Part shown: in pieces, positions 9,038 to 18,884 of the stretch | Position numbering within the stretch: position 1 is the stretch's first letter | How the letters are laid out: each line of letters begins with the position of its first letter | NCBI GenBank assembly: GCA_030433255.1 | Contig: JAUIMI010000001.1 | Coordinates: 311,362-375,361 of the forward strand | Origin: a bacterium | GTDB taxonomy: Bacteria; Patescibacteriota; Minisyncoccia; Phycocordibacterales; UBA1006 | Direction of reading: 5' to 3' | Length of the DNA stretch: 64,000 nucleotides | Notes under the pieces: generated by a model | Seen by the model: only the letters and a program-made list of their open reading frames with translations | Databases searched by the model: none | What the model was told of the DNA's origin: nothing | Made by a program: the position numbers and the translations under genes

Positions 9038-10978
9038 ATGAAAAAGCGAGTTGGCGTGTGGATACGAGTTTCCACAAAATTACAGCAGAATTCAGATAGC
9101 CCTGAACATCATTTGCAAAAAGCAAAAATGTACGCAGAGCTAAAAGATTGGGATATTGTAGAAGAGTACCACTTAGAAGCTGTTAGCGGCAAAAGCGTGA
9201 TGGAACACCATGAAGCCCAGCGTATGATGCGAGATATTCAAAGTGGTCATATTGAAGGTTTGATCTTCTCGAAGATTGCCCGCTTTGCTCGTAACGTAAA
9301 AGAACTTTTGGAATTCTCAAAACACTTTCAAAAGTATAAGGGAGATATGATTTCCTTGAGTGAATCTATAGATACCAGTACACCTTCTGGTCGCTTTTTC
9401 TTCACCATGATTTCTGCTATGGGTCAGTGGGAACGTGAAAATATTGTTGAACGTATTAAATCATCTGTAGAAGTCAGAGCCAAAATGGGAAAAATAATGG
9501 GTGGTATTCCATTTGGGTATAAACGAGTAGGTAAAGATGATATGGCACTTGATGAACACGAAGCTCCAATTCGTAAAATGATGTTTGACTTGTTTTTGGA
9601 GCATGAACGGCATGCAACCGTAGCCAACATTCTTAACGAAAAAGGATATCGCACCAAACGAAAAAGTAAATTCACCGGTACTACGGTTAAACGACTATTA
9701 CAAGACCCAACTGCAAAAGGTATTAGACGTTCTCATTGCACTAAGATAGATGAAAATGGAAAAACCGTAATGAGGGATAAGTCGGAATGGTACATCCACG
9801 AAGCACCACGAATCGTATCAGACGAAGTATGGGACACCGTAAATGATATTATCCGTAAACAGGAAAAAGAAAAGGTACAACCATTAAATAAAAAGGTGCA
9901 TTTGTTTACAAGCTATTTATTTTGTGAATGCGGTGGCGGTATGTATGTGCCATCGTCAAACCCAAAATACACTTGTAAGAAGTGTAAACGCAAAATCCAT
10001 GTCGAAGATATTGAAGCGATCTTTAAAGAACAGCTCACCGAGTTCATCATTTCAGAAGAAGAAGTAAAACGTTACTTTAATGGCACACACACCATCATCA
10101 GAGAAAAGCAACAAGAGATTGAAAATGTGAAATCAGAAATACTAAAACTTGAAGATAAGATTGAAAAGCTATTTGAACTTCACGAAAAAGGGCAAATTGA
10201 GACTGATAGATTTAAAGATTTCTACGATAAACCAAACAACCAAGTGCAACAATTAAAACTCAGAATCCCACGAATTGAAGGCGAAATCTATGCCTTGAAA
10301 GACCAATTTAAATCAAGTGGATATATTATTGAAGAAGCTCGTTCGTTATATGAAAACTGGCATAAACTCACCAAAAGGCAAAAACGTAACATCATAGAAA
10401 TCATTACCGAAAAGATAGTGGTATCAGAGCAGGAAGTGAACATCACACTTAACTATATTCTTCCAAAGACACCATCTTTGAAAACGACTGCAAATGGTAC
10501 TCATGGACTATACTCAATGAGTACCATTTGCAGTTTTAAACTGAAACCAAAGTTACGCAAAATACCTAAAGCAAAACCCTTTACCCACTCACTTGGAGAG
10601 TACATCCGACACGAAAGGCTAAAAAAGCACATTTCACAAGAAGCATTAGCAAAACAGTTTGGTGTTAATGGAGTTGCTTTATCTATGTGGGAACTAAAAC
10701 GTAAGCCAGTACATCCAAAACGTTTTCAATCGGTGATTGATTTTCTTGATTACGTTCCTAAAAAGTCATCGAAGTTTGATAAGCTAGGAACACGCACTCA
10801 ATTATGGCGATTACAAAATGAGGTGAGCCTCCAAGAGTTTTCAGAATTGGTACATGTTCCCATAGAAGAAATTACACGAATAGAAACAGCTAGATATTGT
10901 AAAATTGACAGTAAGGTATCTGAAATCATCAACGCATTCATCAAACACTCTATTTCTTCCCACGAAGTGCTTTCATAA
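9038..10978 (+). CDS. Large serine recombinase with C-terminal XRE-type HTH extension
   Basis: IRVST catalytic Ser, RFARN, recombinase domain, zinc ribbon (CECG...CKKC), coiled coil, then LGEYIRHERLKKHISQEALAKQFGV...WE. Confidence 0.9.
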   Translation: MKKRVGVWIRVSTKLQQNSDSPEHHLQKAKMYAELKDWDIVEEYHLEAVSGKSVMEHHEAQRMMRDIQSGHIEGLIFSKIARFARNVKELLEFSKHFQKYKGDMISLSESIDTSTPSGRFFFTMISAMGQWERENIVERIKSSVEVRAKMGKIMGGIPFGYKRVGKDDMALDEHEAPIRKMMFDLFLEHERHATVANILNEKGYRTKRKSKFTGTTVKRLLQDPTAKGIRRSHCTKIDENGKTVMRDKSEWYIHEAPRIVSDEVWDTVNDIIRKQEKEKVQPLNKKVHLFTSYLFCECGGGMYVPSSNPKYTCKKCKRKIHVEDIEAIFKEQLTEFIISEEEVKRYFNGTHTIIREKQQEIENVKSEILKLEDKIEKLFELHEKGQIETDRFKDFYDKPNNQVQQLKLRIPRIEGEIYALKDQFKSSGYIIEEARSLYENWHKLTKRQKRNIIEIITEKIVVSEQEVNITLNYILPKTPSLKTTANGTHGLYSMSTICSFKLKPKLRKIPKAKPFTHSLGEYIRHERLKKHISQEALAKQFGVNGVALSMWELKRKPVHPKRFQSVIDFLDYVPKKSSKFDKLGTRTQLWRLQNEVSLQEFSELVHVPIEEITRIETARYCKIDSKVSEIINAFIKHSISSHEVLS

Positions 10979-13900
10979 TAATATTAGTTATCGAAGCCTG
11001 CTTATTGGTGTCATTGTCTGTTTTGTAATCCACGTTTACACGGTAGCCACGTACACGCTTTACTTTGGTTTTTGGTTGAATTAAGGCATCAAGATACAGC
11101 AGTAATTCTTCAGATTTGAAGAAGTGGATTTTTAAGTGTTGTTTTTTAGAAATATTCTTTAAGGCTTGTTCCTTGATATTCTTAAGATGCTTTTCGTCCT
11201 CTGAAATCATATATACCAAAGAGTAGTTATCATCCAAGCACTTTTGAATATTTTGTACTTCATAATCTACTCTATTAGTTACTGAAATTTCAATGGCAAT
11301 ACGAATATCATCTTTTAACAGCGATACATCAACTTTGCCACCATTTAATGTTGAATCTTCAAGTGTTGCCTTAAACCCTCGCTGGAGAGCCATAGAACGA
11401 ATGTAATTTTGAATTGAACGATGCTGACGGACAATCTCCTGTTCTTCGGCTTGTTGTAAGTATTTTTCTTTACGAGCTTCTAAATCATCAGTCTTTTCTA
11501 AATTTTCAGTTTTTGGAGATGGTTTTGTTTCAGTAATGGGCTTTTCAACTTCACTTTTCTTATCTTCAACAATTACGGGTTCAACAGATTTTTCAATTTT
11601 GGGTTCTGTTGTTTTAGTTTTGAGTTTAGTCTTTTGGGGTGTTTGCTTAGGAAGCAAGGAAGCTAACAACTCATCAAGTTCTGCTTTAGATTTGCTGTAG
11701 CTTTTTCTTGTATGAGCAACAATACTATCTCTATTTACTTCGGCATTAGTTTCAGCTATAGACAATGGAAAGGTTGAAATATTAAAATCATCACTTGAAG
11801 AACCTACGCGCATAATGGCTTGTCCGATACCGAGACTCTGTAAATCATCTTGCTCAAAATATGAAAAACCAGACTCCAATCGTTTCGCATCGCTATCGCC
11901 TAGACGAAAACAAATCCGTGTTTTTGGATTTGATAAAACAGAGTTCAACAATTTTGCATCTTCAATTTGAGCCAATTCTTGATGAGCAATGGTAATACCT
12001 AAACCATATTTTCTAGCACCACTTAATATACGTTCAATACTTGGTGTGATGAAATTTTGGAACTCATCTAGGTATAACATAAAAGGTTTACGGCTATCCT
12101 TACCTTTAGATTGCCTTGCCAATGCCGATTGATTAAATTTTGCCAAGAACAATGAGCCTAATAAATAGGAATTCTGTTCTCCAATAAGGCCTTGCGATAA
12201 TTTCAGTAAAACAATTTTGTTGGTATTAAGGCAATTTGCTACATCAACACCTTTGTTTTGAGCTAACATATAGCGCACCAATTTTGGACGTAAAAATGTA
12301 TCTATACGAGTAAGTAGTGGTGCAATACCTTTTCGTACCAAAGGATATTCATTATTCCAATAGTAATGTAACGAAGGGTCGTTGACCGTTTTTAAGTATT
12401 GAACTCTATAAGGTTCTTCAAGTAGAAAACGCTTTAATTCAATAAGCGTTCCACCTTGAGTGCTCTCTAACATGGTATTTACAGCGTTTTGCAATACCGC
12501 AGTCATATTATCTCCCCAAGCAGTGGCATGACGTTTAAATGCCGAAACTAAATCTGATGAGAGTACAATTTTTTCAGCATCGGTATGCGCTTCTAATAGA
12601 TTGAATCCAATAGGGAAGTCAGCATCGGAAGGGTCTATTAAAACTACATCATTAATCCTGTTTTCTGGAATACGCTCTAAAATATCATCAATGATGTCGC
12701 CATGTGGATCGAACATAGCACAACCCATTCCATTTTCAATATCGGCAAGCATCATATTTGCCAGTAGAGTACTTTTACCAACGCCTGTGGCTCCTATTAC
12801 GTGTGTATGGGACAAACGTGTTTCATAGCTTAATTGAACAGGAATATCTTCTTGATTATGGGTATTGACTCCAATTAGGATGCCTTGATTGTCCTTTTGG
12901 TGTATACGTTTGGTTTTACCAACTTGCCATTGTAGTTTTTTAGAAACCACCGTTTTATTGGGATAGTGCAAAAAGGTATTCAGTTCCTTGGAATTCAATA
13001 CAAAGCCCAATCGGTTACTGAGGCGATGATGTAGATTGTATTTATGGAAATCATAATCATACCCTTCATTGGATAAAGGGATGAGTTTGTTATGCTGAGA
13101 GGTTGAAACTGCCGAAATACTTCGTGCTAACTCTTGTGCCAGATACTGACTCCTGTAATTGTCCTTGCCTTGAGTAGCTATACGCATCACCACTGAAAAT
13201 AGTGGATGTGCTATTTTTTCTTTGGCACACTGTGGCATTTCAGGAGCATCCGAAAAAAAAGAACCGCCAGCACCATCATTTACCGAATACATTGTATCCT
13301 TTGCTAAAGGAGAACTAATACCTTTAAACAGAATTTGAAAAACAGCAACATCATCATCCTGCAAAGCTTCCATAGTTGCGATGACTGAAGTTAATGGGTC
13401 TATGTTAAAAGAATCAGACGTAACTATGCTTCGCATATATTCACTATTAAGCCCAAAGTCTGCAATAGCGATATCATTTTTGTTTGAAAATCCAAAATCA
13501 TCAACTTCAATAGTTTTAATTATAACCATTGGAAAGTATGCCGATAATTGCGATTTCAATCTGCCTCTATCCTGTTTACTACATACCATTTGAATTTGGA
13601 TAGTATCTGAATTACCAATAATTTCAAAGGACAGTAAATGTTCTGTAAAGGATAGTAGATTGAGAAGTTCGATATTCCTGCTTGGATTGATTTCAGTCCC
13701 ATACGGAAAGGAAATTGAGAGACCAACAAGTTGAGGCTTTTCTGAAACTTCAAGAAAACGAGGTTTAACCTCTATTAAATCTTCTTCTGGTTCTTCTTCT
13801 TTAGGAGGAGCAAGTAATTTGGTTACTTGTTTGAATAATGAAGGTGCTCTACCATCATCTTGTATTGAAGGTCGGTTTTGGCTTACATGCTGAAAGGGAA

Positions 13901-14009
13901 CATAGGGAACCTCAATATCAATAGGAGTATCGAAATTGTAATACCCACGAAATCGATACTCCCAATTATAGAAATTAAGGGTTGCTTGTTCACTTCTTGT
14001 TAAACCCAT
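10950..14009 (-). CDS. VirD4/TraD-HerA-like ATPase with C-terminal PD-(D/E)xK-like domain
   Basis: HTHVIGATGVGKS Walker A, DPHGD, LYLDEFQNF Walker B, ARKYGL...AHQ; C-terminal KVDV...IAIEIS. Confidence 0.8.
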   Translation of the reverse strand: MGLTRSEQATLNFYNWEYRFRGYYNFDTPIDIEVPYVPFQHVSQNRPSIQDDGRAPSLFKQVTKLLAPPKEEEPEEDLIEVKPRFLEVSEKPQLVGLSISFPYGTEINPSRNIELLNLLSFTEHLLSFEIIGNSDTIQIQMVCSKQDRGRLKSQLSAYFPMVIIKTIEVDDFGFSNKNDIAIADFGLNSEYMRSIVTSDSFNIDPLTSVIATMEALQDDDVAVFQILFKGISSPLAKDTMYSVNDGAGGSFFSDAPEMPQCAKEKIAHPLFSVVMRIATQGKDNYRSQYLAQELARSISAVSTSQHNKLIPLSNEGYDYDFHKYNLHHRLSNRLGFVLNSKELNTFLHYPNKTVVSKKLQWQVGKTKRIHQKDNQGILIGVNTHNQEDIPVQLSYETRLSHTHVIGATGVGKSTLLANMMLADIENGMGCAMFDPHGDIIDDILERIPENRINDVVLIDPSDADFPIGFNLLEAHTDAEKIVLSSDLVSAFKRHATAWGDNMTAVLQNAVNTMLESTQGGTLIELKRFLLEEPYRVQYLKTVNDPSLHYYWNNEYPLVRKGIAPLLTRIDTFLRPKLVRYMLAQNKGVDVANCLNTNKIVLLKLSQGLIGEQNSYLLGSLFLAKFNQSALARQSKGKDSRKPFMLYLDEFQNFITPSIERILSGARKYGLGITIAHQELAQIEDAKLLNSVLSNPKTRICFRLGDSDAKRLESGFSYFEQDDLQSLGIGQAIMRVGSSSDDFNISTFPLSIAETNAEVNRDSIVAHTRKSYSKSKAELDELLASLLPKQTPQKTKLKTKTTEPKIEKSVEPVIVEDKKSEVEKPITETKPSPKTENLEKTDDLEARKEKYLQQAEEQEIVRQHRSIQNYIRSMALQRGFKATLEDSTLNGGKVDVSLLKDDIRIAIEISVTNRVDYEVQNIQKCLDDNYSLVYMISEDEKHLKNIKEQALKNISKKQHLKIHFFKSEELLLYLDALIQPKTKVKRVRGYRVNVDYKTDNDTNKQASITNIIMKALRGKK

Positions 14010-14014
14010 GTCAT

Positions 14015-14599
14015 CTATCTGATAAATACATCATTTAACATAGGCTTACGCTCTGCCTCACTGATAGAGCGGATTCCTTTATCGTTGGTAATGTCATCAA
14101 TGACTTTTAACACCGAAGATTGAGCGTAGCTCATAAACATACTGGCAGTATCTATCCTGTAATAGGTTACTGGATACAATTTTCTTGCAAGCCAACCACC
14201 TATAAATGGAATTTTAGCAACCAATATCTTGCCAATGGAATCTTTATACAATAACCACCAAGACACGAAAAAGCCATGACCAAACTTGGCTCCACAAATA
14301 TCATATTGGTAATCTTTCCATATAGCTCGTAAATAGATGCGAGAATGAGACATCGCTCCTCCTTCTTTAATGAATTTTTCTTTGATATTGATTTTTGTAA
14401 TGCCGTGAGATTCCAGTTCGGTTTTTAATAAGGCATAAAACTCTTTAGGTGAGTATTCAAAGTTATCAATAAGGGTACTCCACCGTGAGTGATAGTTTTT
14501 TCTGGTTTTACTGAAAATAAATCTTAAAACTAGAAAAGCAACAATTCCAGCTAGGACATACATCCCATATTTTGTTAGATAAAAAGTGAATTCATTCAT
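14015..14599 (-). CDS. Hypothetical membrane protein upstream of the ATPase
   Basis: N-terminal TM plus a second hydrophobic segment; 5 nt from the ATPase gene. Confidence 0.7.
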   Translation of the reverse strand: MNEFTFYLTKYGMYVLAGIVAFLVLRFIFSKTRKNYHSRWSTLIDNFEYSPKEFYALLKTELESHGITKINIKEKFIKEGGAMSHSRIYLRAIWKDYQYDICGAKFGHGFFVSWWLLYKDSIGKILVAKIPFIGGWLARKLYPVTYYRIDTASMFMSYAQSSVLKVIDDITNDKGIRSISEAERKPMLNDVFIR

Positions 14600-14625
14600 A
14601 GGGTTTCAAGTTTTAGTTGTTAGAC

Positions 14626-15534
14626 TTATATTAATTGTGTCTTTATTGATAAGGTTTTTTCCTCTTCATTATAGAAGCAGTCTACAGTAACTTTAGGTAA
14701 TTGGGACAAAGAGCTAACATGAGTTCCTCCACAAGGGATAGTAACAAATCTATCATTTATTTTTACTTTAAAATTTCGTTTAGCCCCTAATTGAATATTA
14801 TCTCCGAACATACTTACTTTAGAAGATTTATTGATATCTATAAGTTTGTTTAAACTACTCGACAACTCAATAGAAAACTTTTTAAAATCTAAGCTTTTGA
14901 ATTTAACTAAGTCAAACCCTTTCTTTGATAAACTTTTACCAATACGATATACATCAGTAGCATAATAAGTGTAGATTTTTGATTTCTGTATTGCTAAGGC
15001 ATCAAAATTTGGATTATTAAGATCATCTTTAAAATCCACCTCTTTTTTCCAAAATGAAGCTAGTTCTTCATTAAGAATTATTGACATCAAATGAACGGTA
15101 GTGTGTGTTTTAGAGAGATTTTCTCTAAATTTTTCGTCTACATATAACTCGCAATCTAAATCAATTAATGAGTTTTCATTTAATGAGTTTAAATCGTCAA
15201 TAATAAAATGCCCTATCATGGCAATATATATACCTTCTTGAAGCCCTTTATAAAAAGCACTTTTACTTTTGGGAAATACATTCTTTCTAGTATTTATGTC
15301 TATAATTATAATACGAGAGTCTTCAACCTTATATGTTTTTCCTTGAATGACTATTTTTCCTTTATCTCCTGGTTGATCTCCACCTAGATAATCTTCAGGG
15401 TGAAATGGACTCATGTCTGTACAAACATATAGACCCTCAGGAAAAGAAAAGACACCTTTTATTTTAGCTTTAGAATAGGTTGAATTTTCATAATATAATG
15501 CTTGGCTAGTTGTTGTTCTATTTGAGATTTTCAT
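14626..15534 (-). CDS. AlaX-like metal-dependent hydrolase (AlaRS editing-domain family)
   Basis: SPFHP...GDQPGDKG, HTTVH (HxxxH) and PCGGTH (CxxxH) zinc motifs. Confidence 0.8.
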   Translation of the reverse strand: MKISNRTTTSQALYYENSTYSKAKIKGVFSFPEGLYVCTDMSPFHPEDYLGGDQPGDKGKIVIQGKTYKVEDSRIIIIDINTRKNVFPKSKSAFYKGLQEGIYIAMIGHFIIDDLNSLNENSLIDLDCELYVDEKFRENLSKTHTTVHLMSIILNEELASFWKKEVDFKDDLNNPNFDALAIQKSKIYTYYATDVYRIGKSLSKKGFDLVKFKSLDFKKFSIELSSSLNKLIDINKSSKVSMFGDNIQLGAKRNFKVKINDRFVTIPCGGTHVSSLSQLPKVTVDCFYNEEEKTLSIKTQLI

Positions 15535-16553
15535 AAGTTAATTATATAAGGATTAGTACTTTTTACAAACTGCATCTTCACTTTTGACCTAAGAGTCACT
15601 ATTCTTTGAAGCCAACGATCGTGTCCATCAAATTTTGCGGGGAACAATGATCTACCATGGACTGCTTTATCATTATCTATAATTAATAAATCGCCTGGTT
15701 TAAGAGCTATCTTTATAGCGCTTTCATGTATAAGTAATTTTAATTCTTTAAATGCTGTTTCTGCTTTTTTTGTTAAGAACTTGGTAGTATATAATGGATC
15801 ATACCTCAAGGTAAGTGTCTTTTTAAATTCTAATATTGACACCTTAACTTCTTTTTGAACACCATGGGCTTCGTCTGAAGAAATAATAAAATTGGGCATT
15901 AGTAATTGTTCAATTGTTTGTGGTTTTAACTTATAAAAGTCTATTTTAGAAATTAACGTATAAGCTTCTGGTGTTCCTCTTAAACATAATAATAGTATAT
16001 GATTGCACCTAAGGTTGTGAAATGCATCTTCTGTATGCCAATCTAAATAGACTCTCCCCGTTCCTAATTGTTTATTTTGGTCTTTTATTTTGGGAAAAAG
16101 ATTTTGTATTACAAGTCCTTTTCTTTGCGAAAAATAGCCATAAGGATATCCTATTAAATTAGCTATAGCAATAAGAATGATTTCACTGTAAGATGTCATT
16201 TTTAAATCTAAATTTCCAGTTGGCCCAAGATGTTGGTCTAGCAATAAATTTTCAATTAAAAAAGCACCTATAGTATTAGATTTATTTGCAAACTCAACAA
16301 TAGAATCTTCTAATTCATTAGGAAGCACATCTGAAACATCATCACTCGCCCTAGAAATATTGAAGTAATTTTTTTGATTAAACTTTTTTTCCGCTTTGAT
16401 GGAAACTTTATTTTTTATGAACTTATTTTCATCAGATGACAGTCTATAAAAAGATTCAAATTTTGTTAGCTGAATTTTTTCATGAATTTTTCTTAAGTCT
16501 TTCACTATATCTCTTTTTTTAGTAAAATTAGATTTATAACTATTTGTAACCAA
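15531..16553 (-). CDS. Clavaminate synthase-like (TauD/TfdA; AsnO/VioC-like) Fe(II)/2-oxoglutarate dioxygenase
   Basis: WHTEDAFH, LLLCLR, GDLLIIDN..AVHGR and DRWLQR motifs; start codon uncertain. Confidence 0.85.
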   Translation of the reverse strand: MVTNSYKSNFTKKRDIVKDLRKIHEKIQLTKFESFYRLSSDENKFIKNKVSIKAEKKFNQKNYFNISRASDDVSDVLPNELEDSIVEFANKSNTIGAFLIENLLLDQHLGPTGNLDLKMTSYSEIILIAIANLIGYPYGYFSQRKGLVIQNLFPKIKDQNKQLGTGRVYLDWHTEDAFHNLRCNHILLLCLRGTPEAYTLISKIDFYKLKPQTIEQLLMPNFIISSDEAHGVQKEVKVSILEFKKTLTLRYDPLYTTKFLTKKAETAFKELKLLIHESAIKIALKPGDLLIIDNDKAVHGRSLFPAKFDGHDRWLQRIVTLRSKVKMQFVKSTNPYIINL

Positions 16554-16630
16554 TACGGATTTTCCCTTAATTTTTAATGCTGATTATCTGAAAGACAATA
16601 ATTTCAAGTAGATTTACTTCATTATTCGAA

Positions 16631-17320
16631 ATGATGAACATCAGATTATTAATATTCGTAATCTTTCTTGCTCTTGGAATTGGATGCCATGCGGGCTCTT
16701 ATGCCTTCAATAATGAAAAACTTTTAGAACTATTATCGCAGGCTGAAAAACTGGAACAGAACAAGGAGTATTCAACCGCATTGAATGTATATAATGAGGC
16801 TCTGAAAATTGCATCCAAAGAAGAGCGTATTGAAGACGCCAGTTACATTTACAATAAAATAGGATTAGTCTATTACAGACAAAAGCAATACGAAACAGCA
16901 AAATCCAATTTTAAGACCAGCATCCTAAAATCCAATATTTCTAATAGTGCTGCAGATTCTTATTTCAATCTCTCGCTGATTTACAGAAAACAAAACTCAA
17001 AGGATAGCCTTCTATGGTCATTGAATAGGTCTTTGGAAATTTATGGTGGTTTGGAAGATAGCAACAGTAAATTTTCAACCTATTCCAAAGCTGGAATTCT
17101 CTATAAACAGCTGGGTATGTATGACAAAGCCATTGAATATTTGCTTTTGGCTTATGACGGATTAGATAATAAAGAAAATGAGTCCCAAAAAACTTCGGTT
17201 TGCTACACCATTGGTGAGACGCAACGCCTTTTGGGAAATTTAGACATTGCTAAAACTTATCTAAAAGAAAGCCTTCAGATTAGAAATAGACTTAATGATT
17301 CTCTTAAAACGTCTTCATAG
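16631..17320 (+). pseudogene. TPR-repeat protein, probably the truncated N-terminus of a TPR sensor kinase
   Basis: Signal peptide plus several TPR repeats; stops abruptly, overlapping the convergent truncated hlyD. Confidence 0.65.
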
Positions 17321-17622
17321 TTAGCAGTGTTTTCGGCTATGGCTAATGCTTGACCACTATGAACTATATCATTATCCTTTACGAGAAGATTGCTAATTTC
17401 ACCACTCATTCTTGCATATTCCTTTTGAGGTGGAATTGTAGTAGTTATTATTACCTGTGACTGAATAATATCAGGATACTTAATATACCATGTTGCTAAA
17501 AACAATAAAAATATAACTACAAAAATTACCGTTATCCCCCATTTTAAAAAAACATTTGGTTGCTTTTCTAAAATTTCTCTAATTTGCTCACTGTGATTAT
17601 CGATTTCGTCAATTTTCATCAT
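17275..17622 (-). pseudogene. Truncated HlyD-family secretion adaptor
   Basis: SEQIREIL...KWG-TM-YIKYPD...VKDND.V..GQ.LA..ENTANYEDV, then sequence breaks off. Confidence 0.8.
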
Positions 17623-17876
17623 TAACTTCCTAATTCTAATTGATCTTTAACTAACTTATAATAGACTCCTTTATTATTTACTAACTTTTGATGATCACCT
17701 TCCTCAATTATTTCTCCTTTTTCTAAACAGCTCCCTAAATAATCTTTAATCTTAGCCCATGTACCATCACACCCATGACAATCAGACCAGTCACCTCCTT
17801 GAACTTTTTCAAGTACATCACTAGTGTTTACGTTTTCTGCTTTTGCTTTAAAAGCTTCAAGACTTAATCTCTTCAT
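17622..17876 (-). pseudogene. Double-glycine leader peptide precursor fused in frame to the last ~34 aa of an ABC exporter
   Basis: MKRLSLEAFK...LEKVQGG leader; tail LEKGEIIEEGDHQKLVNNKGVYYKLVKDQLELGS is an ABC NBD C-terminus. Confidence 0.75.
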
Positions 17877-17900
17877 AATAAAAAGTTTTATATAGTTTAC

Positions 17901-17933
17901 TTGCCTACTCTTTTAGCTTTTCGGCTCCCGCTA
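17901..17933 (-). promoter_or_regulatory. Candidate structured leader upstream of the peptide precursor
   Basis: Minus strand reads TAGCGGGAGCCGAAAAGCTAAAAGAGTAGGCAA, a GC-rich stretch with a GCC/GGC stem in AT-rich DNA. Confidence 0.35.
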
Positions 17934-18044
17934 TTATTATTTTCTAAATAAACGAAAAATATTGGTCATTATTGACCAAATAATTAAAAATTTATATTGT
18001 TAACTGTTTTTTGAGTTTCTCATAGAGTTTTTTCAGGTAATAAC

Positions 18045-18350
18045 ATGTTATGTTTTATCTTGCAATTGCTATTAATCATGTTTCCTATGAACTCATTACC
18101 CTTTGAGATTCTCTTTGAAGTTCTCGGCAATCGTATTCGTGATCTTCGACAATCAAAAAAGCTTTCACAAATTGAAGTAGCAGCAAGATGTGGACTGGAC
18201 GTTTCTAACTATAATAAAATTGAATTTAACAAAAGGCCACCATCACTACGTACGCTATTTAAAATTGCCATTGCTCTAGATGAACCTATCTCTAATTTCT
18301 TTAATGATGAAGTGTTTCTCTCATTTATCGAAGAACATGTGAAAGCTTAA
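18045..18350 (+). CDS. XRE-family HTH transcriptional regulator
   Basis: LGNRIRDLRQSKKLSQIEVA...IE...PSLRTLFKIA; true start may be a later ATG. Confidence 0.85.
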   Translation: MLCFILQLLLIMFPMNSLPFEILFEVLGNRIRDLRQSKKLSQIEVAARCGLDVSNYNKIEFNKRPPSLRTLFKIAIALDEPISNFFNDEVFLSFIEEHVKA

Positions 18351-18572
18351 TAAAAATGTTGTTTTTAATAAATCAGTCTATCAAGTCTAAAGTTGTAATC
18401 TCATTAAATAGCTTTTAAATATGCTTGCTTTTTGGTTCTAGCAGTATTGTGTAGCAATGGCATTAAGTAAGTATTAGGCTAATGTCCACAGATATACTTT
18501 AAATTCTATTTTTTTAATTACGAAACCAAAAAAAAGCGTTAGCTTTTTAAAACAGCCAAACCAAAGAGATAG

Positions 18573-18884
18573 CTATAACCAGCTATCTCTTTGTAATTGC
18601 TTTCGTTCTTGTTCCTGTTTTATTTGTTCTATTCGGATATGGTCTGGAATGCGTTCATTTGCGTTGTACTTTGGTAAAGAAATTTCTTTTGTAGAACGCA
18701 TTTTTTGCGTTTCGAATTGTGAATGAGATATCCAGTCCCGTCGCTTAACCTTTCCAAACTCATCTCGCCATCCCAAAAGATTCCTCACAATCTTAAGATA
18801 CACACGCACCGCAGATCCACTCATACTTCCAATATGCTTATCAAAAAAAGCATTAGGCACTGGAGTCGTATTATTCAGTCGCAT
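18573..18884 (-). pseudogene. Phage/plasmid replication initiator (lambda-O-like N-terminus), probably internally deleted
   Basis: NTTPVPN...RVYLKIVRNLLGW...DWISHSQF, with the remainder of the winged helix absent. Confidence 0.55.
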
